This document shows positions 20,025 through 29,362 of a stretch of DNA of 64,000 nucleotides, in pieces (within the stretch, counting starts at the first letter, position 1; each line of letters begins with the position of its first letter). A model generated the notes under the pieces. The model was not told the origin of the DNA, searched no databases, and was given only the letters and a program-made list of their open reading frames with translations. The DNA is taken from positions 32,308 through 96,307 of the IMG/VR virus record IMGVR_UViG_3300037294_000399. One strand, written 5' to 3'. Source of the stretch: a virus. The position numbers and the translations under genes were made by a program.

Positions 20025-20456
20025 ATGAAAAATACAATTGAAATCAACGTGGATTTTGACGGAACGTGTGTTACGCACGACTACCCAAGAGTTGGTCATG
20101 ATATAGGTGCGATTACTGTTTTAAAAAAATTAGTTGAGAATGGTCATAGACTTATTCTTTTTACTATGAGAAGTGATGGTAGCGGTTTTGAAAGACTTGA
20201 CGGTACTGTTGATAACCATGGTTTAAGCGATGCAATAAATTGGTTTAAAGAAAATGAAATACCTTTGTATGGTATTCAAACGAATCCAACTCAGTTGAAT
20301 TGGACGACATCACCTAAAAGCTATGCTCCGTTAATGATTGACGATAGTGCTTTAGGTTGCCCTTTGAAAATGGACCTTAGTGTTTCACCAAGACCATTTG
20401 TTGATTGGGTTAAAGTAGAAGAAATATTAACTGAAATGGGTTTAATAAATGTATAA
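20025..20456 (+). CDS. HAD-superfamily phosphatase
   Basis: VDFDGT, FTMR, K.YA..IDD. Confidence 0.8.
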   Translation: MKNTIEINVDFDGTCVTHDYPRVGHDIGAITVLKKLVENGHRLILFTMRSDGSGFERLDGTVDNHGLSDAINWFKENEIPLYGIQTNPTQLNWTTSPKSYAPLMIDDSALGCPLKMDLSVSPRPFVDWVKVEEILTEMGLINV

Positions 20457-20631
20457 AGTATCAATAGCACATTTAAAAGCTTTTAAAGAAGCGTTACAAG
20501 AATCAAATAGGTTACTTAAAATTACGTTAGAAACTTTTGATGACGATGTAATTAAACGGGCCATTTACTCTAACGATAAACAAATTAAAATAATTACTGA
20601 ACAATTCCACATAGATGAAACAAGAAATTAG
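20449..20631 (+). CDS. hypothetical protein
   Basis: overlaps both neighbours. Confidence 0.55.
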   Translation: MYKVSIAHLKAFKEALQESNRLLKITLETFDDDVIKRAIYSNDKQIKIITEQFHIDETRN

Positions 20632-20947
20632 CTTTGACGAATTTTTAGAAATCGAAAGCAAACTAGAAATTAAAGTTGGTCTAATCACAGAAGCGTCATC
20701 AATACCAAAAAGCTACGGTATTAAAATGATTGTTGATTTTGGTGATGGTGATATTAGAAGTGTTTTTACCAATTTAGGTAAAACATATAAACCAGAACAA
20801 TTTATTAACTTCACAACAAATTTTGTAACTAATTTAACGCCTTTTGAAATTAAAGGAGTTTTAAGTCAAGCAATGATTTTACCACCAAAGAATATTTCTG
20901 GTGGTGAAGAATTTGGCGAGTTATTAGTTGGTACTAAAATAATTTAA
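20615..20947 (+). CDS. tRNA-binding OB-fold protein (CsaA/Trbp111-like)
   Basis: ISFDEF..LEIKVG, VDFG, NL.P..I.GVLSQAMIL. Confidence 0.85.
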   Translation: MKQEISFDEFLEIESKLEIKVGLITEASSIPKSYGIKMIVDFGDGDIRSVFTNLGKTYKPEQFINFTTNFVTNLTPFEIKGVLSQAMILPPKNISGGEEFGELLVGTKII

Positions 20948-20948
20948 A

Positions 20949-21404
20949 ATGGCAAAAACAATAGCAGCGGGTCTTTTTATCGTAAGAAAAAATAAAAAGT
21001 TATTAGTAGCTCACCCAACAAATCACAAACCCGATTTTTGGAGTATTCCAAAAGGAAAAGTTGAGTTTAATGAAACATTCTTAGAAGGGGCTTTGCGTGA
21101 AACGTATGAAGAAACAAACCTAGAATTAACTGATTCTACCAATTTTGATATTTTTCCGATGTTAGGTGTTAATTACGGACATAAGAAAAAAATTCTTTAC
21201 CCATTTTTGTATTTGGAAAAAGAAGAATCGACATTTAATTGGGATGAACAAGAACTTAAATGTAATTCTAATGTTCCAGCTGAACGTGGTGGTTTTCCAG
21301 AAATGGACGATTATAAATGGGTTACTTTAGATGAAGCTAGAGGCTTATTGCATGAAACGCAAGTTGCCTGTATTGATAAAATTTTAGAAACAATAAATAA
21401 ATAA
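20949..21404 (+). CDS. Nudix hydrolase
   Basis: WSIPKG..E...A.RE..EET, FPEMD. Confidence 0.88.
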   Translation: MAKTIAAGLFIVRKNKKLLVAHPTNHKPDFWSIPKGKVEFNETFLEGALRETYEETNLELTDSTNFDIFPMLGVNYGHKKKILYPFLYLEKEESTFNWDEQELKCNSNVPAERGGFPEMDDYKWVTLDEARGLLHETQVACIDKILETINK

Positions 21405-21410
21405 ATAAAA

Positions 21411-21494
21411 AAAAATGGGTAAGGCGTTGCCATTAGGTGAGTCTGTGACCTCCGAAGCCCAACCCATCGGCTCTGCCGTGGGTTGGTAGTTCAC
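21411..21494 (+). mobile_element. orphan IS200/IS605 right end / TnpB omegaRNA-scaffold-like copy
   Basis: GAAGCCCAACCCATCGGCTCTGCCGTGGGTTGGTAGTTCAC aligns with the 3' end of the TnpB element (54869-54955, minus strand). Confidence 0.8.
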
Positions 21495-21504
21495 TTGGAC
21501 ATGT

Positions 21505-21837
21505 ATGCAGACTAACTCGAATCAAGCGACAGTAATTACTGGTATCAACTACGCATATGCTTATGATGGTTACGGTAGTGCAATGGTACCTAAACCTAAA
21601 AAAGGTATTTCTGCTTTTGCTAAAAACATCATTGATAAAATACATGATGATAGTGAAGACAGTGAAGACAGTAATATGGTAAGCGAAGAGAGAGTAATGC
21701 CTTCTAAACCAATAAGAGTTAAATCAGTTGATAGAATTAGCCATTCTGATATTAGTGAAAGCTTTTTACGAAGTGATTCATTCATTGAATCATATAGTGG
21801 TTCAGAAGGAATTTCAGAAGGCCCTTCACAAGGATAA
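21505..21837 (+). CDS. hypothetical Ser/Glu-rich protein
   Basis: ORF directly after IS-end remnant. Confidence 0.55.
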   Translation: MQTNSNQATVITGINYAYAYDGYGSAMVPKPKKGISAFAKNIIDKIHDDSEDSEDSNMVSEERVMPSKPIRVKSVDRISHSDISESFLRSDSFIESYSGSEGISEGPSQG

Positions 21838-21858
21838 AAACAAATAAATTTAAAGAGT

Positions 21859-22098
21859 ATGTATAACAAAATAAGACATATTGGTGATGGAAAATTCGAA
21901 GCAGTAATGCCAGACGGAGAAATCAAGTCTGTTGGTCCCAACATTAGTGGTATGATTCGTTATACATACTTTGAAGATTATACATTACCACCAATTGGTT
22001 GGTCAGTTACACGAGAAAAATTGTTGAACGATTACCAAGAAAAGGTAATACCAGATATTATTGCTGGTAAAATAACACCAAATACTATGAATGGTTAA
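21859..22098 (+). CDS. hypothetical protein
   Basis: operon packing. Confidence 0.65.
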   Translation: MYNKIRHIGDGKFEAVMPDGEIKSVGPNISGMIRYTYFEDYTLPPIGWSVTREKLLNDYQEKVIPDIIAGKITPNTMNG

Positions 22099-22305
22099 AT
22101 GTTAATAAGAAAAAAGGTAGATTTAGGGGAATATATCATCGACATAGAATACGATGACGTAACTGGTGCAATTGAAGTGACCGTATTAGACGAACTTGAA
22201 GGAGTAATTGAATCTATTACTATTAATAACACAGACGATTCTAGTGATGACGAAGATAATAATGATGATGTAGGTTTTAACGATTACACTATCAACTTGA
22301 ATTAA
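22099..22305 (+). CDS. hypothetical highly acidic protein
   Basis: D/E-rich 68 aa. Confidence 0.65.
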   Translation: MLIRKKVDLGEYIIDIEYDDVTGAIEVTVLDELEGVIESITINNTDDSSDDEDNNDDVGFNDYTINLN

Positions 22306-22313
22306 AATGTTTC

Positions 22314-22775
22314 ATGGAAAAATCAAAAGAAATACAAGCACCAAATGATTTGACATTCGCTAAAAACAATAAATGTATTTTTTTGGCTGGGTCAATCGAA
22401 ATGGGTAAAGCCGAGAATTGGCAAAAAAGAATAGTAGACGAGTTATCTGATAAAGGTTACACGTTTTTAAACCCAAGAAGAGATGACTGGGACAGCTCAT
22501 GGGAGCAAAAAATTGAGAATAAACAATTCAATGAACAAGTATCTTGGGAATTGAAAGCGTTAGAGATGGCAGACATCATTTTGATGTACTTTGACCCTAA
22601 CACGCAATCACCAATTTCATTGTTGGAATTGGGACTACACGCCAAAGATGGCAAACTAATCGTTTTATGTCCAGAAGGTTTCTGGAGAAAAGGCAACGTT
22701 GATATCGTATGTGAGAAATACGGGGTTAAACAGGTTGAATCGTTTGAAGAATTAATCAAAGCAATTAATGAGTAA
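22314..22775 (+). CDS. nucleoside 2-deoxyribosyltransferase-like protein
   Basis: IFLAGSI..WQ, NPRR, QV.WE..ALE.AD, SPISLLELG. Confidence 0.88.
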   Translation: MEKSKEIQAPNDLTFAKNNKCIFLAGSIEMGKAENWQKRIVDELSDKGYTFLNPRRDDWDSSWEQKIENKQFNEQVSWELKALEMADIILMYFDPNTQSPISLLELGLHAKDGKLIVLCPEGFWRKGNVDIVCEKYGVKQVESFEELIKAINE

Positions 22776-23262
22776 AAAAAGAAGAGAACATAAACTTAAT
22801 TCAGAGATAACAGCAAGTGAATTGCGTATTACTGATGAGGGAATAATGGCATTAGCTGATGCCATTAAATTAGCCAAATCAAAAGAACTTGATTTGGTTA
22901 TGATTAACGAAAAAGCGCAACCACCTGTTTGTCGTATAATGAATTATGAAAAGTTTATATACGAACAAAGTAAAAAACCTAAGAATAAAACACTTGACAT
23001 GAAAGAAATCAAACTAGGACCTAATACGTCTGAGAATGATTTGAACTACAGAATCAAACACATGGTTGAGTTTTTACAAAAAGGTCATAGGGTTAAAATT
23101 AGTCTTCAATTTAGGGGTCGACAAATGCAACATATTGACATTGGTCAAGAACAAATTCTTAAGATGATACTTGCTGTTGAACAATATGGTAGTCCAGAGG
23201 CTATGCCTAAGTTAGAAGGTAAAAAAATGTTCGCCACGATTAAACCAAAACCGTCTAAATAA
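22768..23262 (+). CDS. infC: translation initiation factor IF-3
   Basis: LN.EI, LDLV.I...A.PPVCRIMNY.KF.YEQ, KEIKL.P, FL.KG..VK, FRGR. Confidence 0.93.
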   Translation: MSKKRREHKLNSEITASELRITDEGIMALADAIKLAKSKELDLVMINEKAQPPVCRIMNYEKFIYEQSKKPKNKTLDMKEIKLGPNTSENDLNYRIKHMVEFLQKGHRVKISLQFRGRQMQHIDIGQEQILKMILAVEQYGSPEAMPKLEGKKMFATIKPKPSK

Positions 23263-23280
23263 CTTTTACTAGTCTTAGGG

Positions 23281-23397
23281 TTATATGTAATGTTGTATAT
23301 TAGTTTTTTTAATATCTCGATTAATTTTTTCTTTATTATTCTCACGCCAAAGTTTAGAACGTTCTCTAGCTAAAATTTTATTTTCTTCTGGTGTCAT
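23281..23397 (-). pseudogene. truncated N-terminus of an HNH-type gene similar to 27787-28431
   Basis: MTPEENKILARERSKLWRENNKEKI resembles MTLEEKKEAKRLYDMEYRKKNK. Confidence 0.5.
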
Positions 23398-23401
23398 ATC
23401 A

Positions 23402-23539
23402 TTACAAATTTTTAATTAGGTCCTCAATAAATTTAGATTTATTATTTGTTAATTTTTCTAATTTTAAATTAGTTTCATTAGATAAAGTAATACTAACTTT
23501 TACTTTTTTATCTTCTTTTGGTAATTTAGGTCGTGCCAT
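23402..23539 (-). CDS. 45-aa ribbon-helix-helix-like protein (absent from ORF track)
   Basis: MARPKLPKEDKKVKVSITLSNETNLKLEKLTNNKSKFIEDLIKNL; GATATTTATTA upstream. Confidence 0.75.
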   Translation of the reverse strand: MARPKLPKEDKKVKVSITLSNETNLKLEKLTNNKSKFIEDLIKNL

Positions 23540-23638
23540 ATTTTATTCTTTGTTAATAAATATCACGAAAAAATAAAAAAAGTAGCATTTAAACAAGATT
23601 TTTATTTACTTATAATAAAAATGAGTTAAAATTAACTC

Positions 23639-24094
23639 ATGGAAAAATTCATATACACTTACTTATCGGAAAATTATTATATACAAACTAGTGATGTTGG
23701 GAACCAAGGTATCTATCAAAGGTATGATGACTTAAGAATCCCAATTCCATTCAATGGTGATAGGCTTGTAAAAGATATCACAACCGTTTTTGGTGTTACT
23801 AAAGTTGAAGCCAAAGGTTACATAAGTGGATGGGCACAAGTTGTCGAACCTAATATTAATTTAGATTTTTATTGGAAAATTGCTGAAGTATTTGGTAACC
23901 TTGTGTTTCCAGTAATTCAAAACATTGCCGCAAGTACAATTTCACGAGATTTAATTAGCGTTCAATCAATGTCAGCACCAACGGGTGAGTTGTATTACAT
24001 AGATTATGTTTACTCAAACAAAAATATATTTGAAAAGGTTATTAAATTTTTACAAAATATTTATAAACGAATATTTGGAATATTCAAAAATTAA
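23639..24094 (+). CDS. hypothetical protein containing a gp23 major-capsid-like segment
   Basis: VFPVIQNIAASTISRDLISVQSMSAPTGELYYIDY. Confidence 0.7.
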   Translation: MEKFIYTYLSENYYIQTSDVGNQGIYQRYDDLRIPIPFNGDRLVKDITTVFGVTKVEAKGYISGWAQVVEPNINLDFYWKIAEVFGNLVFPVIQNIAASTISRDLISVQSMSAPTGELYYIDYVYSNKNIFEKVIKFLQNIYKRIFGIFKN

Positions 24095-24121
24095 GATTAC
24101 CTTTGTAAAAGAAAAAAAAGA

Positions 24122-24493
24122 ATGAAATTTGATATATTAAAAACAAGACGGGGGAAACTTTCAGAAAAACTAAATAATGAGATTCAAAAACCCAAACCAA
24201 ACATTGAAAATGTTTTAAGAATCATAGATGATTATGAAAAAAATAACTTGGAAACTATAGATAAATTAAAGAAAGAAAAGTTATTTGAAACAAAAAGAAT
24301 AAGTGGTGCGCTTAAACAAACAATAAATGCACATTCAAATATAACAAAAGAATTAATTGGGAGTGCAACTAAAAGAATAATGGGTGCGTTAAAATCAAAT
24401 GATTTAACTCAATCCCAAAAAATTTGTAAAAAAATTAGTAGTATTTATCATACTTTTATAAATATAATTATATTTATAATTAAACTAGAGTTT
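24122..24493 (+). CDS. hypothetical protein with replaced C-terminus (reads in frame into the downstream RHH gene, stop 24625)
   Basis: LIGSATKRI.GAL.SN repeated in 25430-25594. Confidence 0.65.
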
Positions 24494-24625
24494 ATGAAAA
24501 CAAATAAAGATAAAATATCTGTAACTATTTCAAATAAAAATAATGAGTTATTAAATAACTTATCTATTAATAAATCTAAATTAATAGATAAGTTATTAGA
24601 TAATTATTTCAAAAAGATTGATTAA
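24494..24625 (+). CDS. 43-aa ribbon-helix-helix-like protein
   Basis: MKTNKDKISVTISNKNNELLNNLSINKSKLIDKLLDNYFKKID with own ATATTTAT motif. Confidence 0.7.
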   Translation: MKTNKDKISVTISNKNNELLNNLSINKSKLIDKLLDNYFKKID

Positions 24626-24627
24626 TT

Positions 24628-25413
24628 ATGGGTTGTATTATTGAAAATATATCAATAGAAAATAACTATAACGTTATTTATGGTTTGTTAGAACCAAACA
24701 CACATGAGATTAAATATATTGGTAAAACAATTAATTTAAAAGAAAGAGTTAGGAAACATTTACAACCGTCAAAATTGGTTAAAAAGAATTATAAAAACAA
24801 TTGGTTAAATAAATTAATTAAAAATAACGAGAGACCAATTGTTGTTGTTCTAGAAAATTGTTCAAGTGAAGAAAACTTAAATGATGCAGAGATTAAATGG
24901 ATTTCTCACTACTTGGATATAGGTTGTAGTTTAACAAATGCAACTATAGGTGGTGATGGTGGTAAAATGTTACCCGAATCGATTACCAAAATGAAGATGA
25001 CCAAAAAAGAAAACCCTCAAACACCGTACTGGTTAAATAAAGTTTTTAGTGAAACACATCGAAATAATATATCGTGTGGGAAAAAAGGTTATACACCAAC
25101 AATTGAAACTCGTAATAAATTGTCAGAATCACACAAGGGTTTAAATATTTGGAGTAAGGGTAAACAATTAAGTTTAGAAATTAAAGAAAAAATGAGTATG
25201 AGTAAGTCTGGTAAACCAAAAAATTTAACTCCAGTTTATCAATTATCATTAAATAACGAAATAATAAAGGAATGGGGTAACCCATACGAAGCCGAGCAAT
25301 TTCTATCAATAAGTCGAGGAAAAATAAATTCTGTTTGTAATGGAAAAAGAAAAACGACTGGTGGTTTTAAATGGGTTTATATCAAAGACTATAAGGATGG
25401 CGATGAAAATTAA
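24628..25413 (+). CDS. free-standing GIY-YIG homing endonuclease (NUMOD3/NUMOD1-type tail)
   Basis: IYGL..YIGKT..RVRKH, E.KWI, LTN.T.GGDGG, C.GKRKT.GGFKW. Confidence 0.9.
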   Translation: MGCIIENISIENNYNVIYGLLEPNTHEIKYIGKTINLKERVRKHLQPSKLVKKNYKNNWLNKLIKNNERPIVVVLENCSSEENLNDAEIKWISHYLDIGCSLTNATIGGDGGKMLPESITKMKMTKKENPQTPYWLNKVFSETHRNNISCGKKGYTPTIETRNKLSESHKGLNIWSKGKQLSLEIKEKMSMSKSGKPKNLTPVYQLSLNNEIIKEWGNPYEAEQFLSISRGKINSVCNGKRKTTGGFKWVYIKDYKDGDEN

Positions 25414-25429
25414 AATAAAAAAAATAATA

Positions 25430-25594
25430 CCAATAACTTCAGTGTTGATTGGTTCAGCAACAAAAAGAATACATGGTGCTCTTTTAAGTAATGGTTCAAA
25501 ACATAATCACTATCTAAGGGTTCACAAAGCAACATTAATGCTAATAACAATGGTTTTAATAGTGGCAAGTGTATTTGTGGTATTAATAAAATAA
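25430..25594 (+). pseudogene. orphan original C-terminus of gene 24122, with TM helix
   Basis: PITSVLIGSATKRIHGALLSN vs NITKELIGSATKRIMGALKSN. Confidence 0.8.
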
Positions 25595-25607
25595 AGTTTT
25601 AAATTAA

Positions 25608-26450
25608 ATGACAAAATTAACAGCTATCTTTAAAGAAAATTGGGGTTCAATATTATTTTCATATTTCCTTTTTTCGATGCAATCCATTTTTATATTGATT
25701 TACCCAAAAGTTTTAGGTGAATCAATTGACCACTTGATAGCTAAAGATTATTCTTTTATGTTTTATCTGGTTTTAACTTTTTTTGGTATGATGATTTTTA
25801 ATTATTTTAGTAGAGTTTATGATACTATAGTTTTCTCTAGAATATATAGACGTTTTGCTTCTATTGAAACTAGTAAACAGTTTGATAATAATATTGAAAC
25901 AACTAAAATTAATGGTAGATTAACATTAATGTCTAGTATTGTTAACTTTTTTGAACGAGATATGGTTAGTATACTTAACGCTGCTTTTGGTCTAATTGGT
26001 TCAATTTATTTTATATCTTTAGTTGACGCAACATTAGTACCTTATTTAATTTTTAGTGGTGTATTAACGTTAATAATTAGTTATTATTTTTCACCAAAAA
26101 TAGCGTTAATAACTAAAGATTCGAATGATATATCTGAAGAACAAACTGACATCATCAACCAACGAAAAATATCATTAGTAAATAATTTGTTAAGAAGAAA
26201 ACAATCATTATCTGTTAAATTGTCTAATCTAGATGCTAAATTCTTTTTTCTTATTCAATTTATTGCTTATGGAACAGTGACAGCTCTATTAACATATTAT
26301 GTAGTATTCAATAATGTAAGTGTGGGTAGCGTATTCTCAACTTATAGGTATCTTTTTGACTTTGTGGTTTCTGTGTCGATACTACCACACATAATAATAT
26401 CATTTATTAACATTAAAGACGTAATTAAACGTTTAGAAACAGAAAATTAG
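25608..26450 (+). CDS. ABC-transporter six-TM-domain-like membrane protein
   Basis: about 6 TM segments, R.YDT.VFSRIY, V.FFE. Confidence 0.7.
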   Translation: MTKLTAIFKENWGSILFSYFLFSMQSIFILIYPKVLGESIDHLIAKDYSFMFYLVLTFFGMMIFNYFSRVYDTIVFSRIYRRFASIETSKQFDNNIETTKINGRLTLMSSIVNFFERDMVSILNAAFGLIGSIYFISLVDATLVPYLIFSGVLTLIISYYFSPKIALITKDSNDISEEQTDIINQRKISLVNNLLRRKQSLSVKLSNLDAKFFFLIQFIAYGTVTALLTYYVVFNNVSVGSVFSTYRYLFDFVVSVSILPHIIISFINIKDVIKRLETEN

Positions 26451-26454
26451 AATT

Positions 26455-26514
26455 ATGGAAAATATAAATAAATTATCGGTATTTGATTTTGATGGAACGT
26501 TGGTTGTAAAATAA
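26455..26514 (+). pseudogene. orphan 5' end of HAD gene (MENINKLSVFDFDGTLVVK*)
   Basis: matches RLAVFDFDGTLL of 27252. Confidence 0.85.
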
Positions 26515-26560
26515 ATTTGATTTTGAGAAATATTGTGATATTTATTAATAAAACAATATT

Positions 26561-27247
26561 ATGGAAAAAAAGATTTGTCAAATTTATAAAATAGTTTCGC
26601 CATCTGGTAGAATTTATATCGGTAAAACGAGTAATTTAAAATTAAGACTTGATTATTATAGACGTTTAAAATGTAAAAAACAACCATTAATATATTACTC
26701 ATTATTAAAATATGGTTTTAGCGGTCATAGTTTTGATGTTATATACGAAGGTGAACATTCGTTAAATGAAATAAATGAAATTGAAATCAATTATATAAAT
26801 GAATATAATTCTTTTCATGGTAATAATGAAAACGGAATGAATTTAACATTAGGTGGTGATGGTGGTTTTGGTGTTATTTATTCAGAGGAACGTAAACAAA
26901 AAATAAGAGAAGCAAATAAAAATAGAGTTTATAACCCACATTCAGAAGAAACAAAAAAATTAATTTCTGAAAATAGAAAAAAAACTGGTAAAACTTTAGC
27001 TCACCAGAAAGCTATTGATAACCTTAGAGGTAAAAAAATAATTAAATCTGAAGAATGGGTTAAAAATAATGCTGAAAGTATTAAAAAACCTATTTTACAA
27101 TACGATTTAAATAACAATTTTATTAAAGAATGGAAAAGTGCACAAGATGTTGAGAATGAACTTGGGTTGTCTAGAAAAAACATTAGTGCAAATTTAAGAA
27201 ATAAAACAAAACACGCTTATAAATACATTTGGAAATATAAAAACTAA
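26561..27247 (+). CDS. free-standing GIY-YIG homing endonuclease
   Basis: IYKIVSPSGRIYIGKT, E..YI, NLTLGGDGG, HSEETKK, NUMOD1-like end. Confidence 0.9.
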   Translation: MEKKICQIYKIVSPSGRIYIGKTSNLKLRLDYYRRLKCKKQPLIYYSLLKYGFSGHSFDVIYEGEHSLNEINEIEINYINEYNSFHGNNENGMNLTLGGDGGFGVIYSEERKQKIREANKNRVYNPHSEETKKLISENRKKTGKTLAHQKAIDNLRGKKIIKSEEWVKNNAESIKKPILQYDLNNNFIKEWKSAQDVENELGLSRKNISANLRNKTKHAYKYIWKYKN

Positions 27248-27251
27248 TATT

Positions 27252-27776
27252 ATGGAAAAAAAAATAACTAGACTAGCTGTTTTCGATTTTGACGGCACTT
27301 TATTAATGACACCTCTTCCAGAATTTGGTAAAAAAGAATACCAAGAAAAAACTGGAAAGGTTTGGCCTTTCCCTGGATGGTGGGGACAACCTTTGAGCTT
27401 AGATATGGATATCTTTGATATGCCAACGGTGCCAATGGTTACTTCAGCATATAAGAAAGAGAAAGTTAACGCAAACACATGTATGGTTATGTTGACTGGT
27501 CGAATAGTGAAGCTAGGTGACTTGGTAAAGAAAATCTTAGACGCAAAAGGGTTAATATTCGATGAGTACCATTTCAACAGAGGTGGTAGTACTGATGTTG
27601 CTAAAATAAAAACAATGGAATCATTGTTAGAAAAATATGCTAACGTAAATGAATTAGAAGCTTGGGATGACCGTAAGGAGCATATCCCAATATTTCAAGA
27701 ATTTGGTGATAAGTTGGTTAAAGCTGGTCGATTAACGAGTTTTAAAATTAATTTAGTTCCAGCACATAGACATTAA
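27252..27776 (+). CDS. HAD phosphatase, Swiss-army-knife RNA-repair-like
   Basis: FDFDGTL..TP, GWW, LTGR, WDDR..H. Confidence 0.8.
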   Translation: MEKKITRLAVFDFDGTLLMTPLPEFGKKEYQEKTGKVWPFPGWWGQPLSLDMDIFDMPTVPMVTSAYKKEKVNANTCMVMLTGRIVKLGDLVKKILDAKGLIFDEYHFNRGGSTDVAKIKTMESLLEKYANVNELEAWDDRKEHIPIFQEFGDKLVKAGRLTSFKINLVPAHRH

Positions 27777-27786
27777 TAAAAAGAGA

Positions 27787-28431
27787 TTAATATTGGTCTC
27801 TTTTTATATTTCTATTAGTATAACTACAAAGTGGTTGTAGATTGGTGTAGTGATTAAGTTTAATAACGTCTTCTTCACACATTGCTGAACTAAGTGGTAG
27901 TATATGGTCAATATCCCAAGCAGTATTAATTTCTTTGGGTACCCCATTCCAATTACCACGATTTTTCCAATTCATCCATTGTTCAAACTTAGATTCGATA
28001 TGGGTTTTAAATTCTTCATAAGAACACCCAAGTATTTCATACGACCTAGATTTTCTATAAAAACCTTTTTTCTTTAAACTTTGATTTATTGATGCGGAAA
28101 CACATCTCTTTAGTTTATAAAGAATATCAGTACTCATCATTTTCTTTACATAACCATATTTAGCTTTTTTATGTTTTTCTGGGTTTTCTAACCCCCATAA
28201 TTTCTTTTTTAAATTTAATTTTTCTTTATTTTTAATAGCATATTCTTTATCTTTTTTTTTCTTTTTTTCTTTATCTAATTTTTCGTATTTATTTTTATTA
28301 ATGATTAAACGTTCTTCATCACTTAAAGCATTATATCTAGCTTTTTGTTGTTTTGATATTCTTAATTTATTTTTTTTACGATATTCCATATCGTAAAGTC
28401 TTTTAGCTTCTTTTTTTTCTTCTAGTGTCAT
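27787..28431 (-). CDS. HNH endonuclease-like protein
   Basis: ILGCS..E...HIE.KF..WM.W.N.G, WDIDHI.PL, HYTNLQPL...N. Confidence 0.85.
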   Translation of the reverse strand: MTLEEKKEAKRLYDMEYRKKNKLRISKQQKARYNALSDEERLIINKNKYEKLDKEKKKKKDKEYAIKNKEKLNLKKKLWGLENPEKHKKAKYGYVKKMMSTDILYKLKRCVSASINQSLKKKGFYRKSRSYEILGCSYEEFKTHIESKFEQWMNWKNRGNWNGVPKEINTAWDIDHILPLSSAMCEEDVIKLNHYTNLQPLCSYTNRNIKRDQY

Positions 28432-28529
28432 AATTTATATTTATTATAAATATCCACATATTTTTAAAAAGACGATAGAATTGAACATTATTATTTGGAT
28501 ATATAAAAAATTAATAGTACCTTTGTAAT

Positions 28530-28838
28530 ATGAAAGAATATATTTTATGCGCAGCCAATCATTATGATGATGGTAAAGAGATGGTTCATGGACCAAAAAA
28601 CATTGAAAGTGGATTTGTAATTTGTGGTAGAAGACACCATAACTGTATTAGCATGTTTGCTGAAATGGTTGGGTTTCCATATGATGAAAACGCACATGCT
28701 TTGATGCGAACTGAAAGACAAGGGTTCTTAACCAATACTGATAGATTTGTTGAACGTGAAGAAGCGGCACAAATCGCTTTTGAGGCTGGGCAAATAACAC
28801 AACACAAAATAGTGTTGTTCTCTGAAGACTTATATTAA
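28530..28838 (+). CDS. conserved phage hypothetical protein
   Basis: ILCAA, G.RH, QGFLTN..RFV.REEA, LFSEDLY. Confidence 0.75.
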   Translation: MKEYILCAANHYDDGKEMVHGPKNIESGFVICGRRHHNCISMFAEMVGFPYDENAHALMRTERQGFLTNTDRFVEREEAAQIAFEAGQITQHKIVLFSEDLY

Positions 28839-29353
28839 TGATAGACAAAAAAATCATAGATAAACTAATTGAACGTGATGGAAAATACGATTTCATCAAA
28901 TTGGTTCAGTTTATGGTGGGTTCTGAATTTGTTTATAAAGATAGAAAACTTAGAGGACCTTTGGCCATTGCTACGCTTAATGGTGTATTGTTGGATATGT
29001 CGGTGATTAATAGATACCATGACAAGTTGGTTTACTTCATATTGCTTCACGAAACTGCACACATGAAACGTATTAGTAGAATGGGTAAAGACTTGATGTT
29101 AGCTAATTTATCAATAGAAGACTTTAATGAATTCACAGCACATATCTTTGAAGAAGAAATTTTTGCAGACAGATACGCATGTAGATTGTTCTACCACTTC
29201 AACAAGGAAATCTACCCATGGTATGAAACACAACAATTAAACCTAAAATATAAACAAGAACAGTATGGGCCAATGGCTAGAATGTATTACGGGAAAATAC
29301 AAAATAACGAAGAAAAGTACAATGAGATGATTAATGATTTCATTGTCGATTAA
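28838..29353 (+). CDS. putative zinc metallopeptidase-fold protein
   Basis: LLHETAH and EE..AD.YA. Confidence 0.65.
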   Translation: MIDKKIIDKLIERDGKYDFIKLVQFMVGSEFVYKDRKLRGPLAIATLNGVLLDMSVINRYHDKLVYFILLHETAHMKRISRMGKDLMLANLSIEDFNEFTAHIFEEEIFADRYACRLFYHFNKEIYPWYETQQLNLKYKQEQYGPMARMYYGKIQNNEEKYNEMINDFIVD

Positions 29354-29362
29354 TAAAAAAGA

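Noticed and set aside
21415-21837. TAG readthrough or alternative genetic code (in-frame TAG at 21487)
   Set aside because: The upstream part is a TnpB 3'-end remnant; long genes are intact under code 11 and TAG terminates rnr and others.
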